A stretch of 33,478 bases of DNA from Candidatus Nitrotoga sp. (lineage in GTDB: Bacteria; Pseudomonadota; Gammaproteobacteria; Burkholderiales; Gallionellaceae). Made by a program: the position numbers and the translations under genes. Each line of letters starts with the position of its first letter. Position 1 is the first letter of the stretch. Shown here one piece after another: positions 19,726-29,909 of the stretch. The notes below the pieces were generated by a model that was not told the DNA's origin, ran no database searches, and was given only the letters and a program-made list of their open reading frames with translations. Location of the stretch: contig JBDSEJ010000564.1 in NCBI GenBank assembly GCA_039920105.1, forward strand, positions 1 through 33,478, in the 5' to 3' direction.

Positions 19726-20680
19726 TTAATATCTCCTTAATAACAATTTTCAGGGGCGTTTTTCAAATCTAAAGCGAAAAAACATCATTTAGCAAAATAT
19801 CATAATGCTGACTAAAATCAAAAGCGTCCGGCTTTGACAGCTATACGGGCCACTTGAATCCAGGTCACTTTCATTGGCAGGCGTTTAGTTTCCTCGCAAA
19901 CACAACAAGCCCCTCTTGTGAGAGAGACTGATCAAATCACAGCTCTTGGGCAGTTACTGGCAAAGCAAGATACTGATTCGGTAATGCCGCTGATTATTTT
20001 GGTCAGCTCTGCATGTAGCGCGAGGGCGGGCTTAGCCGAAATTTCGACCGCAGAGCGTCCATATTCACCCTTGATGATACTACCTTCCAAATGCCTCAAA
20101 ATCAGTCGAATACAATTCGGCGGCTGGCATGGACTTACCCATCACAGGAAAATGTCCTCGCCTGTTTTAATTCCATGGATGTAGACAGCGTTCGACAGAT
20201 CCAGACCGCAACCAGCTAATCACCATGGCGCACAATACTCAACACGGCGCAGATAACTTCGCATGAAACCTGTAATAAAGGGCTTTCAGGATGCACGGCA
20301 GTCAGTGTGCCAGCAAACTTCTCAGGTGTGAATAATTATGCAGGTATCCATCGGGATACTGTGTCTGGATTATCATTCGCTCGTCAATACCAGTGAGTTG
20401 TCTATTTTAATAGTTCAACATTTTCAGAATAATAATGCTGCTCTTTAGTTTTTAAACACCTCTATGTTTGGTAGCGTACGGAGTCAAAATAATTGTTGGC
20501 ATAGCATTCAAATCTAGACTTTGGATAAATGATAACGGCAACGTAGGCTGATGGAAACTTCTTATATTGAATTAGTGGATTTCTGCACCTATTCGTCTTG
20601 ACAATCATCTTGAGAAAGCAGGCCACAATAGTTCGTCGATTCGATGGCCGAAGCCATTAAAAATCCACACATAACGCGCA

Positions 20681-20862
20681 CACTCTAAAGAAGTCAAAAG
20701 TGAAGCAATCACTGTCCACTATGATGTGTCAAATGGCTTCTACCCACTTTGGCTGGACGAGCAGGTTTTTTGTTAGTGTGCCTTTTCAATGACCCCGACG
20801 AGAGCATTGATCAAGCAAAGCGCAACAAGCTCAACCACAACTATCGTAAGCTGTGGCTCAAA
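20681..20862 (+). pseudogene. cfa: Relic of a cyclopropane-fatty-acyl-phospholipid synthase family methyltransferase
   Basis: HSKEVKSEAITVHYDVSNGFYPLWLDEQVFC*CA / FNDPDESIDQAKRNKLNHNYRKLWLK; TAG at 20774-20776 and a 1-nt frameshift near 20783. Confidence 0.8.
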
Positions 20863-21054
20863 GATGTCAGATCCATATTTATTGCTATTGCGCTGAGACT
20901 ATCGATTTCATCGGAATCAGCTTAATAAATCACGGACAATTCGATATATTGCCTCAGCGTCTTTGACTTTACGTGTAAACCTTAAGGTAACATCTTTAAA
21001 TTGACACATTCAAATCAGCAGGTAAAAAATTTCCGGAGAAAAATTATTTACGCA

Positions 21055-21972
21055 ATGAATATCAATAAGATATGCATCTTGGGTGGGAGTGGATTTGTCG
21101 GCAGGCATATCGCGCACTTGCTGACTGCAGAAAAAATTAGCTTAGTCATCCCTACCCGCCACCGCGAGCGTGCCGGAGAGCTTCTCGCTCTACCAACGGT
21201 GGACGTGGTGGAAGCAAACATCCATGACAATGCCGAGCTCGATCGGTTATTAGTCGGCGTTGATGCAGTGATCAACCTGGTGGGCATTTTGCACGGCGAC
21301 TTTACTGCTGCACATGTAGAATTGCCGCGTAAAATTGTGGCTGCTTGCAAGCGCAACGGGATAGCGCGTCTATTGCATATGAGCGCCCTTAACGCCAGCA
21401 CTGACGCTCCCAGCAACTATCTGCGTTCCAAGGGCGAAGGTGAAAGCGTTGTAATGAAATCGGGCTTGATAACGACCATTATCAGGCCGTCTGTCATATT
21501 CGGGCCGGGAGATTCTTTTCTCAATCTATTTGCTAAGTTGACGCGGTTCCTGCCGGTATTACCGCTGGCATCGCCTGATGCAAAATTCCAGCCTGTGTTT
21601 GTGGAAAATGTGGCACATGCGTATGCAGCAAGCCTTTTTACTCCCGCTACTTTCGGTCAGAGTTACAACTTATGCGGCCCCAAAATTTATACTTTGCGGC
21701 AGCTTGTCAAATATGTGGCGCATGTGACAGGGCATCACTCGATCATTATCGGCTTGAATGACAGTCTTTCCTACCTGCAAGCATTGACGATGGAGTTACT
21801 GCCGGGCAAGCTCATGACTCGCGACAATTATTATTCAATGAAGGTGGACAGCATATGCAGCTGTGACAGTGACAATAATTTTACGGCAGTGTTTGGTTCC
21901 CGCCCTGTTGCACTGGAGGAAGCAGCTCCCCGCTACTTGGGGCGACATAAGCCGCATGGTTTTCCGGGATAG
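21055..21972 (+). CDS. Complex I NDUFA9-like NAD-dependent epimerase/dehydratase (atypical SDR)
   Basis: GGSGFVG, VINLVGIL, LHMSAL, YLRSKGEGE, RPSVIFG.GD.FLN.FA, FQPVFV. Confidence 0.92.
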   Translation: MNINKICILGGSGFVGRHIAHLLTAEKISLVIPTRHRERAGELLALPTVDVVEANIHDNAELDRLLVGVDAVINLVGILHGDFTAAHVELPRKIVAACKRNGIARLLHMSALNASTDAPSNYLRSKGEGESVVMKSGLITTIIRPSVIFGPGDSFLNLFAKLTRFLPVLPLASPDAKFQPVFVENVAHAYAASLFTPATFGQSYNLCGPKIYTLRQLVKYVAHVTGHHSIIIGLNDSLSYLQALTMELLPGKLMTRDNYYSMKVDSICSCDSDNNFTAVFGSRPVALEEAAPRYLGRHKPHGFPG

Positions 21973-22002
21973 GGCAGAAGGCTAAGAGACGTTAGCCATT
22001 CA

Positions 22003-22038
22003 ATGAAAATCTATCTGATTGATGGCTCAATGCGCGAC
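22003..22038 (+). pseudogene. cca: Possible 5' stub of a CCA-adding enzyme gene
   Basis: MKIYLIDGSMRD resembles the conserved Cca start MKIYLVGGAVRD; similarity ends after 12 codons. Confidence 0.5.
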
Positions 22039-22099
22039 GTGAAGGCGATTTTAAATAATGAACACGAACTGATTCATGCTGTCAGTTTTATTCGTACGC

Positions 22100-22400
22100 A
22101 TACATTCAAATGTTGTGGGTGATGGCTAATCCGACCTAGCCTGTATGCGCTGTCATTTGTAAATATATTGATGAACTCAGTAATTGTTTGAATGACCTCG
22201 GCTCGGTTTTGGAATATTGGTGACGTGCCAATTCTTTTTTTTGAAAAATCTCCCGAAGTTTTCTATCGGTGCACTGTCGTAGGAATTACCTCGTCGCGAC
22301 ATCGATGCCGACATCCCAAATTGACCCAGCAGCTTTCGACTCTATTGCAGAGTGCTGACTGCCACCGTCAGCGTGACCTCCAAAATCCGCTCTGGCCGCA
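22100..22400 (-). mobile_element. Degraded IS3-family transposase (integrase core C-terminus)
   Basis: Minus strand across frameshifts: HADGGSQHSA / RKLLGQFGMSASMSRRGNSYDSAPIENF..FFK / FQNRAEVIQTITEFINIF / QRIQAR..SPTTFE, matching HSDRGSQY...SMSRKGNCYDNAPMESF...LK.E...EYIE.FYN..R...L.Y.SP..FE. Confidence 0.85.
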
Positions 22401-22960
22401 CTCAGCGACGTCAATAACAGAGAGTACTTCTTCAGCGTCTAGACGCAAATGAGCTTGCATCTTATGTGATCAGCAACCTGAGGCGGTCAAGTCAAGACCG
22501 GGACACTAAACCTGGTCTACAAGGCGTCTCACGCAACTAATCATGAAGAGGCCGTCCGGACAATTTTTGTCATCAACAGGATTGGTGCATCCATTGTGGC
22601 AAAAACGAAAAAACCAAACAAATAGGGCCTCTCTGACATCTGATAAATTGTAAATCAGATGACACCCTGAAAAAACCAAGGAATTATTTGGCATGGCGGA
22701 TTTGCACGATTTTTAAAAGCGCCCTAAAGTATTTCTGCAGCTTGTCGTAAAGTAAAACATAACCATGCATAGGATTAAAAAGGTGAATTTTAAAATTTAA
22801 AAGGATTTTTTCTAAATTGAAAATATTGCTGCCTTGATTTATTGAAGCAATTTAAAGTGCAATTTAATTGCAGACTTTAATGAAAATAATTTATATTCGT
22901 AATAACTAATTACAGTTTTTATTTGAGACCACTTACTACCTAAAGCTCCAAGCAGAAATT

Positions 22961-24061
22961 ATGATCAAAGGTAAGTTAAATATTCCGTTAGATTTCTTGT
23001 ATAACAAAACACCACCTTTGATCGGGGTCGATATTTGCTCTTCTTCAATCAAAATTGTGGAGCTCAGCGAATTAGCGAAGAAAAACGGCTATGTCATCGA
23101 ACAATATGTAATAGAAGCTTTGCCTCAAAACGCGCTAAGTGACGGCAACGTCAATGATCTGGAAGCAGTTTCGGAATGTCTGCGGCGCGCATGGAAACGA
23201 ATGGGGACACGCATAAAAAACATTAGCCTTGCGCTTCCCGCTGCCGCCGTGATCAGCAAAAAAATATTTCTGCCTAGTGGATTAAATGAGGTTGATATGG
23301 AGTATCAGGTGGAAGCGGAAGCAAATCAGTACATTCCATTTGATATTGAAGAGGTTAATCTGGACTTTCAAGTAATTGGCCCAGCACCTGGCAATACTGA
23401 GGAAATCGAAATACTGTTGGCTGCCTCGCGTAATGCTAACGTGGAAGATCGTGTTGCGGTCGCACAAGTAGCCGGGCTCAAAGTGTTGGTGATGGACGTA
23501 GAGCATTACGCAGCTGAAATGGCGTTTGATCAGATCCGCATGCAGCTGCCAGGGGGGGCCACGGATCAATGCGTAGCGTTGGTAGATATAGGCGCAAACG
23601 TAATAAATGTAAATATACTGCGCAACGGGCAATCGGTTTACATGCGCGACCAGCAAGTGGGTGGTGACCAATTGACACAAAATATCCAAAATGCATTCGG
23701 CTTGTCCGCCGAAGAGGCAGAAGCAAGCAAACTTAATGGAGGATTGCCGGAGAACTACGAAAGCGACGTGCTGACACCGTTCCTTGAAAACGTGGCTGGT
23801 GAAGTATTTCGTACCATTCAGCTTTTCTTTACCTCAACCAAATTCAGCGAAGTAAGCTACATTATTTTAGCTGGCGGCTGCGCAGCGCTGTCTAACTTAG
23901 ATGATGCAGTAGCAAAGCGTACTCAGGTGAAAACACTTGTGGCTAATCCCTTTGCTCAGATGACCTCGTCTAAACGCATCAAGCAGCGCCAATTACAGAT
24001 TGATGCGCCATCGCTAATGATTGCTTGTGGTCTTGCGATGCGGAGGTTTGACCCTTCATGA
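22961..24061 (+). CDS. pilM: Type IV pilus assembly protein PilM
   Basis: IGVDI.SSSIK.VEL, EA.QYIPF..EEVNLDF, VDIGA, LAGG.A, CGLAMR. Confidence 0.96.
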   Translation: MIKGKLNIPLDFLYNKTPPLIGVDICSSSIKIVELSELAKKNGYVIEQYVIEALPQNALSDGNVNDLEAVSECLRRAWKRMGTRIKNISLALPAAAVISKKIFLPSGLNEVDMEYQVEAEANQYIPFDIEEVNLDFQVIGPAPGNTEEIEILLAASRNANVEDRVAVAQVAGLKVLVMDVEHYAAEMAFDQIRMQLPGGATDQCVALVDIGANVINVNILRNGQSVYMRDQQVGGDQLTQNIQNAFGLSAEEAEASKLNGGLPENYESDVLTPFLENVAGEVFRTIQLFFTSTKFSEVSYIILAGGCAALSNLDDAVAKRTQVKTLVANPFAQMTSSKRIKQRQLQIDAPSLMIACGLAMRRFDPS

Positions 24062-24654
24062 TACGCATTAATTTATTACCGCATCGTGCTGAGAAGCGCA
24101 AAGCGCGGCAGATTCAATTCTACACGTGCAGCGCAATCACACTGTTGCTGGCAGCAATGCTAGTTGGTTTTGTACATGTTGTCATTAATACACAGATTGA
24201 ATATCAGGAACGCCGCAACCGATATTTAACAGATGAAATTGTCCTGCTAGACAAGCAGATTGCTGAAATTAAGCAACTAAAGATGGAAATCGCAGCACTG
24301 ATGGAACGTAAAACGGTGGTTGAAAAATTACAAAGTACCCGCTCAGATGTAGTACATCTGCTGGATCAAATGTTGAATATTTTGCCAGAAAGCGTGCATT
24401 TAAAAACAATTCAACAGACTGGCAACAAAGTTAACCTGGTTGGCATTACTCAGTCAAATGCGCGGGTATCCACTCTTATGCGCTCCATTGATAGCTCTCA
24501 ATGGCTGGAGTCACCGACACTGGTTCAAATTTCTGCGGTAACAGCGAATGCAAATGGTGCACGCTCGAATGAGTTTACTCTGAATTTTAATTTGACCACG
24601 CAAGAAGCAACAACTTCCGCTTCTCCAGCCAAGACAACTGGCACAAAAGGTTAA
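24058..24654 (+). CDS. pilN: Type IV pilus assembly protein PilN
   Basis: RINLLPHR motif, TM helix, QSNARVSTLMR. Confidence 0.96.
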   Translation: MIRINLLPHRAEKRKARQIQFYTCSAITLLLAAMLVGFVHVVINTQIEYQERRNRYLTDEIVLLDKQIAEIKQLKMEIAALMERKTVVEKLQSTRSDVVHLLDQMLNILPESVHLKTIQQTGNKVNLVGITQSNARVSTLMRSIDSSQWLESPTLVQISAVTANANGARSNEFTLNFNLTTQEATTSASPAKTTGTKG

Positions 24655-24662
24655 ATGAGATC

Positions 24663-25289
24663 ATGAAGCTGCTAGAAGAACTAAAAAACATTAACCCCAA
24701 AGACCCTGGCGGCTGGCCTTTGCTGGTCAAGGTCAGCGCATATTTGGCAATGTTCGTGACTGTTTTACTTTTGGGTGCAGTATTAGACTGGAAGGATCGC
24801 TGGGAAGCTCTGAGCACGACCAAGCAGACTGAGGCTACATTAAAAACTGATTTCAAAGCCAAGAAGGCAATAGCCATCAACTTGGATGTTATCAATAAAA
24901 AGCTCACAGAAGCCAGGCAGTCGTTTGATGCACTACTGAAACAATTGCCGAGCAAGTCAGAAATGGATGCATTGCTGACAGATATTAATCAGGCCGGGCT
25001 GGGTCACGGATTGCAATTTGAATTGTTTAGACCCGGCGCCGAGATTATTACCGGCGTGTTTGCTGAGCAGGCAATAACCATCAAAGTATCGGGCAACTAT
25101 GATGACATTGGTAAGTTTGCTAGCGATATTGCTCAATTGCCACGCATCGTATCGTTAAGCGAAATTAGCATTAATCCAATGGGAGGACATCTCACTATGG
25201 ATACTGTAGCTAAAACATATCGCTATTTAGATGAGGAAGAATTATCTGCCCAGAAGCTATCGTCCAAGGCAGCTGGAGCGCACAAATGA
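24663..25289 (+). CDS. pilO: Type IV pilus assembly protein PilO
   Basis: WP..K, TM helix, LLKQLPSKSEMDALL.DINQAG, LPRIV, AKTYRYLD. Confidence 0.96.
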   Translation: MKLLEELKNINPKDPGGWPLLVKVSAYLAMFVTVLLLGAVLDWKDRWEALSTTKQTEATLKTDFKAKKAIAINLDVINKKLTEARQSFDALLKQLPSKSEMDALLTDINQAGLGHGLQFELFRPGAEIITGVFAEQAITIKVSGNYDDIGKFASDIAQLPRIVSLSEISINPMGGHLTMDTVAKTYRYLDEEELSAQKLSSKAAGAHK

Positions 25290-25798
25290 GATCGTGCTGT
25301 TTGCTGCTATTAACAGCTTTATTGCTGTCTGCCTGCGCTGACGAGGAATTACAGGATTTGCGCGATTTCGTCAAAGACACTGGAACTGAAATGCGAGGAA
25401 AGGTGGATCCACCTCCTGAAATTAAGCCTTATGAGCCATTCGTTTATGATAATTCTATAGGTTTGCCTGATCCATTCAAGCCACGCAAACCTGAAACAAA
25501 AAGTGGTGATCTCCCCGGCCTCAATCAGCCGGATATGAAGCGACGTCGAGAAGCATTGGAAGAAATACCATTAGAAAATTTAAAGATGGTCGGTTTCCTT
25601 TATAAGGCTAAAGTTGGTCATGCTATCGTCCGATCGTCGGATGGCAAGCTCCACCGAGTCAAAGCAGGCAATTACCTAGGATCGAATTTTGGCCAAATTA
25701 CTTCAGTGACTGAAACCGAAGTAAACATAAAGGAAATAGTGCAAGATAGTGCAGGGGATTGGACAAAACGTATAAGTAGCTTGCAGTTGATGGAGTGA
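25286..25798 (+). CDS. pilP: Type IV pilus lipoprotein PilP
   Basis: Lipobox LLSAC, DPF.P, E.LE..PLE.LKMVG, GNYLG.NFG.I, GDW. Confidence 0.95.
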   Translation: MRSCCLLLLTALLLSACADEELQDLRDFVKDTGTEMRGKVDPPPEIKPYEPFVYDNSIGLPDPFKPRKPETKSGDLPGLNQPDMKRRREALEEIPLENLKMVGFLYKAKVGHAIVRSSDGKLHRVKAGNYLGSNFGQITSVTETEVNIKEIVQDSAGDWTKRISSLQLME

Positions 25799-27931
25799 AT
25801 GATAGGAATGAAGATGAGTCATTATAAAAACATAATTAGAAACCTTGCTCTTATTGTTGTCTCAGTATTTGCAGTTTGTCCGTTAAATGCTCATGCGCAA
25901 GACAATACCAATGCGCAAAACACTAGCACACGAAATTCAGACACAGAAAATAGTATACAGTCGCTCAGCGTCAGCGCTGCGCCAGGTGGCAAATTGGTAC
26001 TTAAGATGGGTTTGAAGAACAAGCTTGCCAATCCCCCTTTGAGTTTTGCCATCAGCAATCCGGCGCGAATAGTATTTGATTTCCCCAATACTATAAATGG
26101 ACTAGGCAAATCGACACAGAAATTTGGCGTAGGTGAGTTGCGTAGCGCCAATATCGTGCAATCAGGCAATCGTACGCGCTTGGTGCTTAACCTCAATCAA
26201 ATATTGGTTTATGACGCCCATACACAGGGCACTAACCTGCTTATAACCTTACATGGCAAAACTCCTGCGGCATCAGCGTCGGTAACCTCTGCACGATTTG
26301 CGGAGGAGAAATCGGGGATCCAAAAATATAGCATGCGTGATATTGTTTTTCGTCGTGGCAGTAATGGGGAAGGACGCGTCCAGGTAGACTTATCTGATCC
26401 TGGCGTGGGTATAGCCGTCAAGCAGCAAGGTAAAAGCCTGATTGTGGACTTCATGAACACCAGCCTACGGCACAATTTGCAACGTAAACTTGACGTAGTG
26501 GATTTCGGCACGCCAATACAGGGAATAGATACATTCGTGCAGGGTTACCATGTGCGCATGGTCATTGAACCCAAAGGTTTGTGGGAGCATGTCGCCTACC
26601 AGACGGATAACAAATTTATCGTAGAAATAAAAGCAGTGGCAGATGACCCAAACAAGCTAATCAAAAACAGACAGATAGGTTACGCCGGCGAAAAATTAAC
26701 ATTGAGCTTTCAGAATATTGCTGTCCGCGAAGCGCTGAACGTCATTGCCGACTTTACAAATCTGAATATGGTGATCAGCGATTCCGTAAGCGGCAATCTG
26801 ACTTTGCGCCTTAAGGATGTACCATGGGATCAAGCACTACAAATTATTCTTGATTCACGCGGCTTGGACATGCGCAAGAACGGCAACGTTATCCAGGTTG
26901 CCCCGCGCGAGGAATTGGCAGCCAAAGAAAAACTTAATTTAGCAGCGAATCAAGAGATCTTCGACCTTGAGGCTCTCCACACGGAAAGTTACCAGCTCGC
27001 TTATTCAAAAGGAATTGAAATTGTCGCTTTGCTGCAGAGTCCCACCCAGCGCATGCTGTCCAAACGCGGGAGCGCAGTGGTGGATGCACGCACCAATACT
27101 GTGTTCATTCAAGATACACCTTCACGTCTTGAGGAAGTACGCAAGCTGATCAAGCAAGTCGACGTGGCAGTGCGCCAAGTAATGATTGAAGCACGGTTTG
27201 TTGAGGCAAGCGATACATTTACTCGAACCTTGGGCGGAAGATTAAGCTATACCGGGCCACCTCCACCTGAAGGCGGGTTTTCTTTAGGTGGAGGTCAACG
27301 TGGCTCTATAGGCGGCAGTGCTGGTGGTGGGGCAGTAAATCTACCCGGAACCCCAGGAAGGATTGGTAATGGTGTGGTAACAGCAATGCTTTTCAACTCA
27401 TCGGTGACTAAAATATTAGGACTGGAATTGCAGGCATCTCAACTGAATGGAATAACCAAGAACATTGCCAGTCCTCGCGTGGTGACTGCAAATGGAACTG
27501 AGGCGATTATTGAACAAGGTGTGCAAATACCCTACCAGACAGTTAGCCTACAAGGGACTAATGTATTGTTTAAAAAGGCTATTTTAAGCCTTACCGTCAC
27601 CCCTCAAATCACGCCCGATGACAATATCAACATGAAAGTAGAAGTAACTCAGGATTCTGTTGGAGAAGTAATTAACACTACGACGGGGGGAGTGCCAAGC
27701 ATTAATACCAAGAAAATCAGCACTCAGGTACTGATTGATAATGGAGGGACCGTTGTCATAGGTGGAGTCTATACCCAAGATGATGTAAGAAATACCCCTA
27801 AGGTTCCGCTGTTAGGCGATATTCCTATCCTTGGATGGCTATTTAAAAGCCAAACTAATACGAATAACAAAAGGGAATTATTAGTTTTTATTTCCCCCAA
27901 AATTCTGAGTGATAGCTTAAACCTGCGTTAA
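25799..27931 (+). CDS. pilQ: Type IV pilus secretin PilQ
   Basis: Signal peptide, AMIN domains, LRLKDVPWDQAL, QVMIEAR, VTPQITPD, VPLLGDIP.LG.LF; start may be 25808. Confidence 0.96.
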   Translation: MIGMKMSHYKNIIRNLALIVVSVFAVCPLNAHAQDNTNAQNTSTRNSDTENSIQSLSVSAAPGGKLVLKMGLKNKLANPPLSFAISNPARIVFDFPNTINGLGKSTQKFGVGELRSANIVQSGNRTRLVLNLNQILVYDAHTQGTNLLITLHGKTPAASASVTSARFAEEKSGIQKYSMRDIVFRRGSNGEGRVQVDLSDPGVGIAVKQQGKSLIVDFMNTSLRHNLQRKLDVVDFGTPIQGIDTFVQGYHVRMVIEPKGLWEHVAYQTDNKFIVEIKAVADDPNKLIKNRQIGYAGEKLTLSFQNIAVREALNVIADFTNLNMVISDSVSGNLTLRLKDVPWDQALQIILDSRGLDMRKNGNVIQVAPREELAAKEKLNLAANQEIFDLEALHTESYQLAYSKGIEIVALLQSPTQRMLSKRGSAVVDARTNTVFIQDTPSRLEEVRKLIKQVDVAVRQVMIEARFVEASDTFTRTLGGRLSYTGPPPPEGGFSLGGGQRGSIGGSAGGGAVNLPGTPGRIGNGVVTAMLFNSSVTKILGLELQASQLNGITKNIASPRVVTANGTEAIIEQGVQIPYQTVSLQGTNVLFKKAILSLTVTPQITPDDNINMKVEVTQDSVGEVINTTTGGVPSINTKKISTQVLIDNGGTVVIGGVYTQDDVRNTPKVPLLGDIPILGWLFKSQTNTNNKRELLVFISPKILSDSLNLR

Positions 27932-27979
27932 ACAATGAGCGCAGCGGTGAGCGCGAGGATTTTCGGCTACAATCCGATC

Positions 27980-28612
27980 ATGCAACATACTAATACAACG
28001 CAGCCCAAGCGGCATTCCGGCAACATTTTCCTTGTGGGAATGATGGGAGCGGGGAAAACTACCGTAGGAAAACTGCTCGCACAGCAGATGGGCATGGTTT
28101 TTATTGATAGTGATGAAGAAATTCAGCAGCGTACTGGCGTCACTATCCCGCATATCTTTGATGTTGAGGGTGAAGCTGGATTTCGTCTGCGCGAGGCAAG
28201 CGTAATTCAAGATTTGGTACTGCTCGATAACATCGTTTTAGCGACTGGGGGTGGCGCGATATTAAATGAGAAAAACCGCGTTTTCTTGTGTTGCAATGGA
28301 ATAGTAGTGTATCTGAAAAGCACAATTCATGACCTCTGGCAGCGAACCCGCCATGATCGCAATCGCCCATTATTGCAGACAGCAGACCCACATGCCCGAC
28401 TAAAAAATATGTATGAACAGCGCGATCCGCTATATACACAAATGGCCAATTTGGTTATGCCTACCGGTAAACAAAGTGCGCAAAGTCTAGTATTACATTT
28501 GCAGCAAGAGCTAATCCGAATTTCGAAACCAAGCCGTAATACCAATGAGATTGCTTTAAATCTTGAGAACAACGGTCATTCAGTACTGCCGACTGACAAT
28601 TATCCGCTTTAA
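27980..28612 (+). CDS. aroK: Shikimate kinase
   Basis: GMMGAGKTT, FIDSD, GEAGFR.RE, ATGGG, RPLL, RDPLY; start uncertain (27935 or 27980). Confidence 0.95.
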   Translation: MQHTNTTQPKRHSGNIFLVGMMGAGKTTVGKLLAQQMGMVFIDSDEEIQQRTGVTIPHIFDVEGEAGFRLREASVIQDLVLLDNIVLATGGGAILNEKNRVFLCCNGIVVYLKSTIHDLWQRTRHDRNRPLLQTADPHARLKNMYEQRDPLYTQMANLVMPTGKQSAQSLVLHLQQELIRISKPSRNTNEIALNLENNGHSVLPTDNYPL

Positions 28613-28820
28613 GGTATAAAAAACTGTACAATTTTGTTGAAGTGCAAGAAACTATTCAAAATTGGTTTTTGCGCTAGTTCATTGAGTTTAGCCTGCACAG
28701 CAATCCTGACATCTTAGGAATAACGAAACAACTAGTTCGGTCTGCGTACGAGCTCGCTCAAAATGGTAAAGCGTTAACTGCCATTCATTTATGTAATCTT
28801 CAAAAGAAGCTCTCAAACTT

Positions 28821-29909
28821 ATGCAAACATTAACTGTTGGGCTGGCAGAGCGCAGCTATCCTATTTATATAGGCAGTGGCTTACTAGGTAGTACTGAATT
28901 GCTATTGCCGCACCTGCCCCACAAAAGAGCGGCAGTGGTGAGCAACACTACAGTGGCACCATTGTACCTGGAACCATTGCGCTCAATGTTGCACGCTCAT
29001 GGGGTGGACATCATACCCATCATCTTGCCGGATGGTGAACAATACAAAAATGCAGAAACGCTAGGGTTAATTTACGATGCACTGCTCACCCATCGGTGCG
29101 AGCGCAACACACCATTGATCGCTTTGGGAGGGGGTGTGATAGGCGACATGACGGGCTATGCTGCCGCAACCTATTTGCGCGGCGTTCCTTTCATTCAGAT
29201 TCCCACCACATTGCTGGCACAGGTGGATTCATCGGTTGGTGGCAAGACCGGCATCAACCACCCATTGGGTAAAAATATGATAGGGGCTTTTTACCAGCCA
29301 CAAGTTGTACTTGCTGACATTACGACGTTGAACACATTGACGGATCAGGAGCTACGCGCGGGCATTGCGGAAGTCATAAAATATGGACTGATCCGCGATT
29401 TACCTTTCTTCGAGTGGCTGGAACAGAACATGGAAAAATTATTGGCGCGGGATGCGGATGCGCTTCAATACGCCATCACACACAGCTGCCAGAATAAAGC
29501 CGCGGTAGTCGCTGCAGACGAGCGGGAAAATGGAGAACGCGCTTTGCTTAACCTCGGCCATACTTTCGGTCACGCTATCGAGACCGGCATGGGTTATGGC
29601 ACATGGCTGCATGGCGAGGCGGTAGCCGCAGGTACCATTATGGCTGCAGATCTATCGTGTCGCTTGGGTTGGCTAAGCAAGGAAGGCGCGGATCGAATCC
29701 ATAACTTACTTGAACGCGCTGGCCTACCAGTTATCGCGCCTGATTTGGGAGTGGAGAAATACCTGAAATTGATGGGCCTGGACAAGAAAGTGATTGGCGG
29801 CAAAATCCGTTTCGTGCTGCTTAAGAACATCGGTAGTGCGGTGATAAGTGGAAGCGTGGAGCCGGAATTGTTGCGGCAAACTTTAACGAAGAACAGCGCG
29901 CATGGCTGA
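28821..29909 (+). CDS. aroB: 3-dehydroquinate synthase
   Basis: [52 protein letters not shown]. Confidence 0.98.
   Translation: MQTLTVGLAERSYPIYIGSGLLGSTELLLPHLPHKRAAVVSNTTVAPLYLEPLRSMLHAHGVDIIPIILPDGEQYKNAETLGLIYDALLTHRCERNTPLIALGGGVIGDMTGYAAATYLRGVPFIQIPTTLLAQVDSSVGGKTGINHPLGKNMIGAFYQPQVVLADITTLNTLTDQELRAGIAEVIKYGLIRDLPFFEWLEQNMEKLLARDADALQYAITHSCQNKAAVVAADERENGERALLNLGHTFGHAIETGMGYGTWLHGEAVAAGTIMAADLSCRLGWLSKEGADRIHNLLERAGLPVIAPDLGVEKYLKLMGLDKKVIGGKIRFVLLKNIGSAVISGSVEPELLRQTLTKNSAHG

Noticed and set aside
20525-20580. GATAACGGCAACGTAGGC as a possible DGR template repeat for the DUF1566 gene
   Set aside because: Match is under 20 nt, includes non-adenine mismatches, has no RT nearby and is better explained as cfa debris
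22192-22452. 86-aa plus-strand ORF
   Set aside because: Antisense shadow of the IS3 transposase relic
22688-22706. TGGCAT...TTGCA as a sigma-54 promoter for pilM
   Set aside because: GG-to-GC spacing is 12 or 7 nt, not the required 10
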